From the NCBI RefSeq assembly GCF_009914755.1, contig NC_060933.1: DNA of 64,000 nucleotides; one strand, written 5' to 3'. Shown piece after piece: positions 60,179-64,000 of this stretch (positions are counted from its first letter, which is position 1; every line of letters starts with the position of its first letter). The translations under genes were made by a program, and so were the position numbers. This DNA comes from the human T2T-CHM13v2.0 reference genome, Homo sapiens. The notes under the pieces are model-generated. The model worked only from the letters and a program-made list of their open reading frames with translations, was not told where the DNA came from and ran no database searches.

Positions 60179-60372
60179 GACCCATCGTGCCTTACATCCA
60201 TATGCTTTTATGTTTTACTTCAGGGCAAGTACCCAAGATTCTCTATTTCAAATAAAATCTTAAGTATTTTTTGATGCAGGAGGCCTTCAGAATCACTGTT
60301 GGAGATAATAGATTTACAAGTTTAAATTAGGCTTCTGTCTAGACCAGGGCAAGGCAAGTAACAGAAATGAGT
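60179..60372. repeat. Diverged local direct repeat, copy 2
   Basis: Shares the core sequence of copy 1 at 58127-58272. Confidence 0.85.
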
Positions 60373-60900
60373 GATGCAAGCCTGTGGGTTGCATGGTGAA
60401 CAGGGAAAGTCGTGCCTCTCCTTCGGGTTGCAGTAAGCAGTTAGCATAATTCAGGCTTCATGCCAAAAACATTAACATCCAGTGTACCAGGTGTTTCCTT
60501 ATTTTTGAGATGCCAAAAGCCTGGATTTGCATGTGCATAAAATATGCTGATTTTTAGAATGTTGCCTCAATATTTCAAATAGTGTGTGGATTAATCAACA
60601 TGGCTACACTCATTCAGTGAGAGGCTGCTTTGATACCCCTATTCGAGGCTAGAATTCCTTGCAAGTTGTAGAGTATGAGTCTTAGTCATGAGTGAATGAA
60701 TGAATGAATGAATGACATGCTCTCTTCAAGATTGTTGACCTTATCGTGCTTCTAAAGCAAAGATCTATCTTAACACTTGAAGTAATTAGAAATTATCACC
60801 TCTTTGCTTGCAGTGGAGTGAGCTGTCCAATAAGACAACTACACGCTTGCTCATTGTGGACACGTTCTTTCCTCAACAGTAACATTTTATTTTGTTTCAG

Positions 60901-60987
60901 GTGTGGCTGTCTACCTGTCTTTCATGGTGCAGCTCATTGCATTTTTAAAAGATGTTTTTTTCCAGGAGCTAATTGAGCTTTATCTAT
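60901..60987 (+). other. Candidate 87-nt exon
   Basis: ttttattttgtttcag|GTGTGG...TATCTAT|gtgagt; open frame VAVYLSFMVQLIAFLKDVFFQELIELYL. Confidence 0.3.
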
Positions 60988-63039
60988 GTGAGTGAGCTAG
61001 AATCTGTCACTGACAGCCTGCAGAAGGCCATTTCTTCAATTGCTTGAAAGAACTAAAGAGTCAGACATGACAAACTGCAGCTCAGAATACCTGGCTGCAA
61101 GCCCATTAGTGCTGCTGTGCCAAGATGCACTAATAAATTACTTAGAGAACACAGACTCACTTTACTTCTGTCAGGAAACTCGCCACCCTAAAACCAAGGG
61201 AAAAGATTTGATTTTTTTCTATCAAAGTTTGTCAGGGCCTTTTGGAAACAGAATGCATTATTTATTTTTTGCAAAACATAATTGCTGGCAAACCCATTCC
61301 AGTCTATGAAAACAGCTTTCTTTTGTTTCTTCTATGATTTCTAGAGAAACAAACCTTAGGCTTTCTTTATATCTCTTACTCTCTGCCAAGAAGCAACTGT
61401 TAACATAGCAGCAACTGTAGCAAATAAAAAAATCAAACTGTGCATTTCTTTCCAATCCTGTTTTATAAACTGGGTCCTACTGTCTTAGCTTTTCTTGTAA
61501 CCGAAGAGACAATTAACTTTTCCCTAAGGGGTAGAGCAAGAGTATCCCATTTACCAGAATGTTCTTATCAATCATTGATCAATCAAGAATAAGTTGTAAA
61601 GCTGTCTGCCAGTATTCTCGGTATTTGCTCAATTTATCTTGGATCAAATCCTTCCATAGGCAGAGAAGGCCAGATACGATTCTGGGTCTTATATTGATGA
61701 GTCCCTCTCTAAATAATTTTCTGAATTCATTCTGCTGTCCTCATTCCAATTCCAACGCTCATTTCTGACTATATACCCCAGTGCTGCCTCACAATTTTGG
61801 GGGATTTTTGTGTGTGTGGTCCTAGTTGGTGACACAGCCCTGGCCACTATCAAATCACTGTGGTCACTGGAAGGGAAGACTCTGTTGTCCAGCCGAGGTG
61901 AAGGAGGAGCCTTTTGAGGGACAACTCTATCAGGGGAAGGGGTGGCTCCCTAAATGAAAAGTAGATTGTTATTGCCACATGATAGGGGATGGGAGGCAAG
62001 TAATCAACAGCAATCAGTTTAAATCCATTAAATTAGTTTTTGCATCCAAAATGTGGATGTGATTTTCAGATACTCTGAAGTCCAGTCTAAAATAGGACTT
62101 TATACAATGTTTTTGAGCAAGAGAAACCTTACAGGAATAAGCGCATGGATTCACAGGGGAGCTTTGGCACCAGGAAGATACTCATATGGAGTTAAGACTT
62201 CTTACAACAATTGCAAACACAGCTTCAATATTATTTGCCCACATGCTGAAAATATTAACAAGCTGACAGAGATGGGTGGGCTACCAGGGGACTTGCACAG
62301 GAAACTCAATTTAAGCATCTTCCCCAGCCCATTCATCACAAGTCATTCATTTGATGTAGTCCTCCAAGAAAATCACCTTAACAACAAAAAAGGCAGCTGT
62401 TCAGCTAACAGCCTGAATCACAGGGACAGGAAGTGAAGATGCCACAGGAGTTTTTCTGCTCACCCACTTGGTCTGCTGACCGAGCCCTGTGGAGTTATGG
62501 AATTTGTGTCCACAACACAAGACTGGGCTATACTGAAGTTATTAGCAAGTGCAGTCTCTGTGTTTTGAGCTACTAGGGATTGAGACCAGAATGAAAAAAA
62601 AAAGAAATGAGAAAACATCATTCTGGTATTCATACCTTTTAAGAGACTCAAAGTTCAGAATATGTGCCCTTTATCATATATTTTCATCCTGTACAAGCTT
62701 TTTCAGATTAGATTTGCTGAAGCTTTGAAGGAGAGATCAACCTACTTCCTAGGCAAGGTTACTCCCATACATTTCCAATAAAATAGAAATGTTCACTACT
62801 TGCCACCTGGATTATCTTTTTCTTCACTTGGATGTCCCTCCCCTGGGAAATGTCTGCTTGCTCGTGCTGTGTGCATGTATGTGCATTGGCAGCTAAAAGG
62901 AATGCAATCAGAACCTGGTATTCTACGTGTTTCCCTGGTCATCACGCTCTGTTCACAGCTTCTCCTTTCATCATCCATTATCAATTTTTCCTAAATGACT
63001 TCCTCTAGATGCTGTAAGTCTCTTAACTATATCTTTCTA

Positions 63040-63300
63040 GTTGATTCACTCGCTCTTTCAGCAGACATTTACTGTGTACCTTCTTTGCACAGGACCCATG
63101 CTAGTTATTGAGAATAAACGATATATTGTTGAATTCAACAAACATGTATGTGCCAAGCCCATTTTCAATATGCTAGGGATCTCACAGTCTAACAGAAAAG
63201 AGAGGCAAACCAGAAGATATTTACAATAGAGAGGGAAAAGTGATGTTACACTAAGTAGAGAGTGTTTTGAAAGCACAGAATGGATGTGAAATCTGAGCAG
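63040..63300 (-). mobile_element. L2 fragments
   Basis: attcactcgctctttcagcagacatttactgtgtacc and attcaacaaacatgtatgtgccaag. Confidence 0.5.
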
Positions 63301-64000
63301 ACCCAGGGATATCCATGGAAAAGGGTTTTATTTCTTTCACTTTGGTTGAGCCAAATTCATGTTCCGGCTGTTTTTCAAGTATCTCTTATGAGTGGCATTG
63401 ATTGTTTTACACTGGGATACTCTTGAGGGAGAGCTATTTCTTGTTCTCAAGAAATCTGATCAACTGGTGTTCTCTACAACCTCACGTCCACCATCTTTCC
63501 ATCCCCAGCAACATCAGCACCTGTGCTGAGGTCTGCTTCTCTGGGTCCCTCTCCCTATCACTTTCCAAGCTGACAAGGGAAGGCAGAGCACTCAAGAAAA
63601 AATAAATAAACCAAATGACTTGGATCGTTTTCAAAACTTTTGTTGAAATAAAATATGAAAAACATCAAAACCTCATTGCATCTGTCTCTTTGCTTAGGAT
63701 TCATAGCTTATTCTGTGAACAACTTAACAATAAAATTTGTTCAACAGGTGAAATAGAAGATGGTGAAAATGTCAATCTGTTTTGAATCTGTTGAATTTTG
63801 TTTTGAATATGGCTTCCCTTCCTCCTAAGGACTGAGCCATCACTGGATAGAGCTCAATGTTACTTATTCTTGTTCAATATCCATGTAGGCCAGTAACCTC
63901 AAAGCCACATTAGGGAACACGCACTTACAAATTGAATGTTTACATTTGGATTGTTTGGGAGCAATTTTAAAAGGCCATGGCATGTCATACTTGTCATTGT

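Noticed and set aside
62053-62436. 127-aa ORF in unique sequence
   Set aside because: Non-ATG (GTG) start, no recognisable homology or splice context; length compatible with chance.

Overview
This is AT-rich, CpG-depleted ape (most likely human) genomic DNA: it contains Alu, L1 and MaLR elements plus an SVA_A, a family restricted to hominoids. I recognise no protein-coding gene, RNA gene or CpG-island promoter, so the window looks intronic or intergenic. Almost every long ORF is an L1 ORF2 remnant or an Alu, SVA-VNTR or microsatellite artefact. The dominant structure is a ~24 kb nested transposon cluster (13.8-38 kb). An ancient + strand L1M hosts an MLT1 LTR, a twin-primed 5'-inverted L1PA, an AluSp, a second L1MA, truncated Alus and a full-length - strand L1MA. 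That L1MA in turn hosts two AluY, a tail-less internal L1PA fragment and a full-length SVA_A in its 5'UTR. The least explained non-repeat signal is a diverged local duplication (58.1 and 60.2 kb) in which both copies are bounded by - strand splice signals; several other exon-like segments suggest a spliced, probably non-coding, transcript. I see no convincing new biological system. Subfamily names are from recalled consensus features, not a database search, and boundaries of old repeats are approximate.
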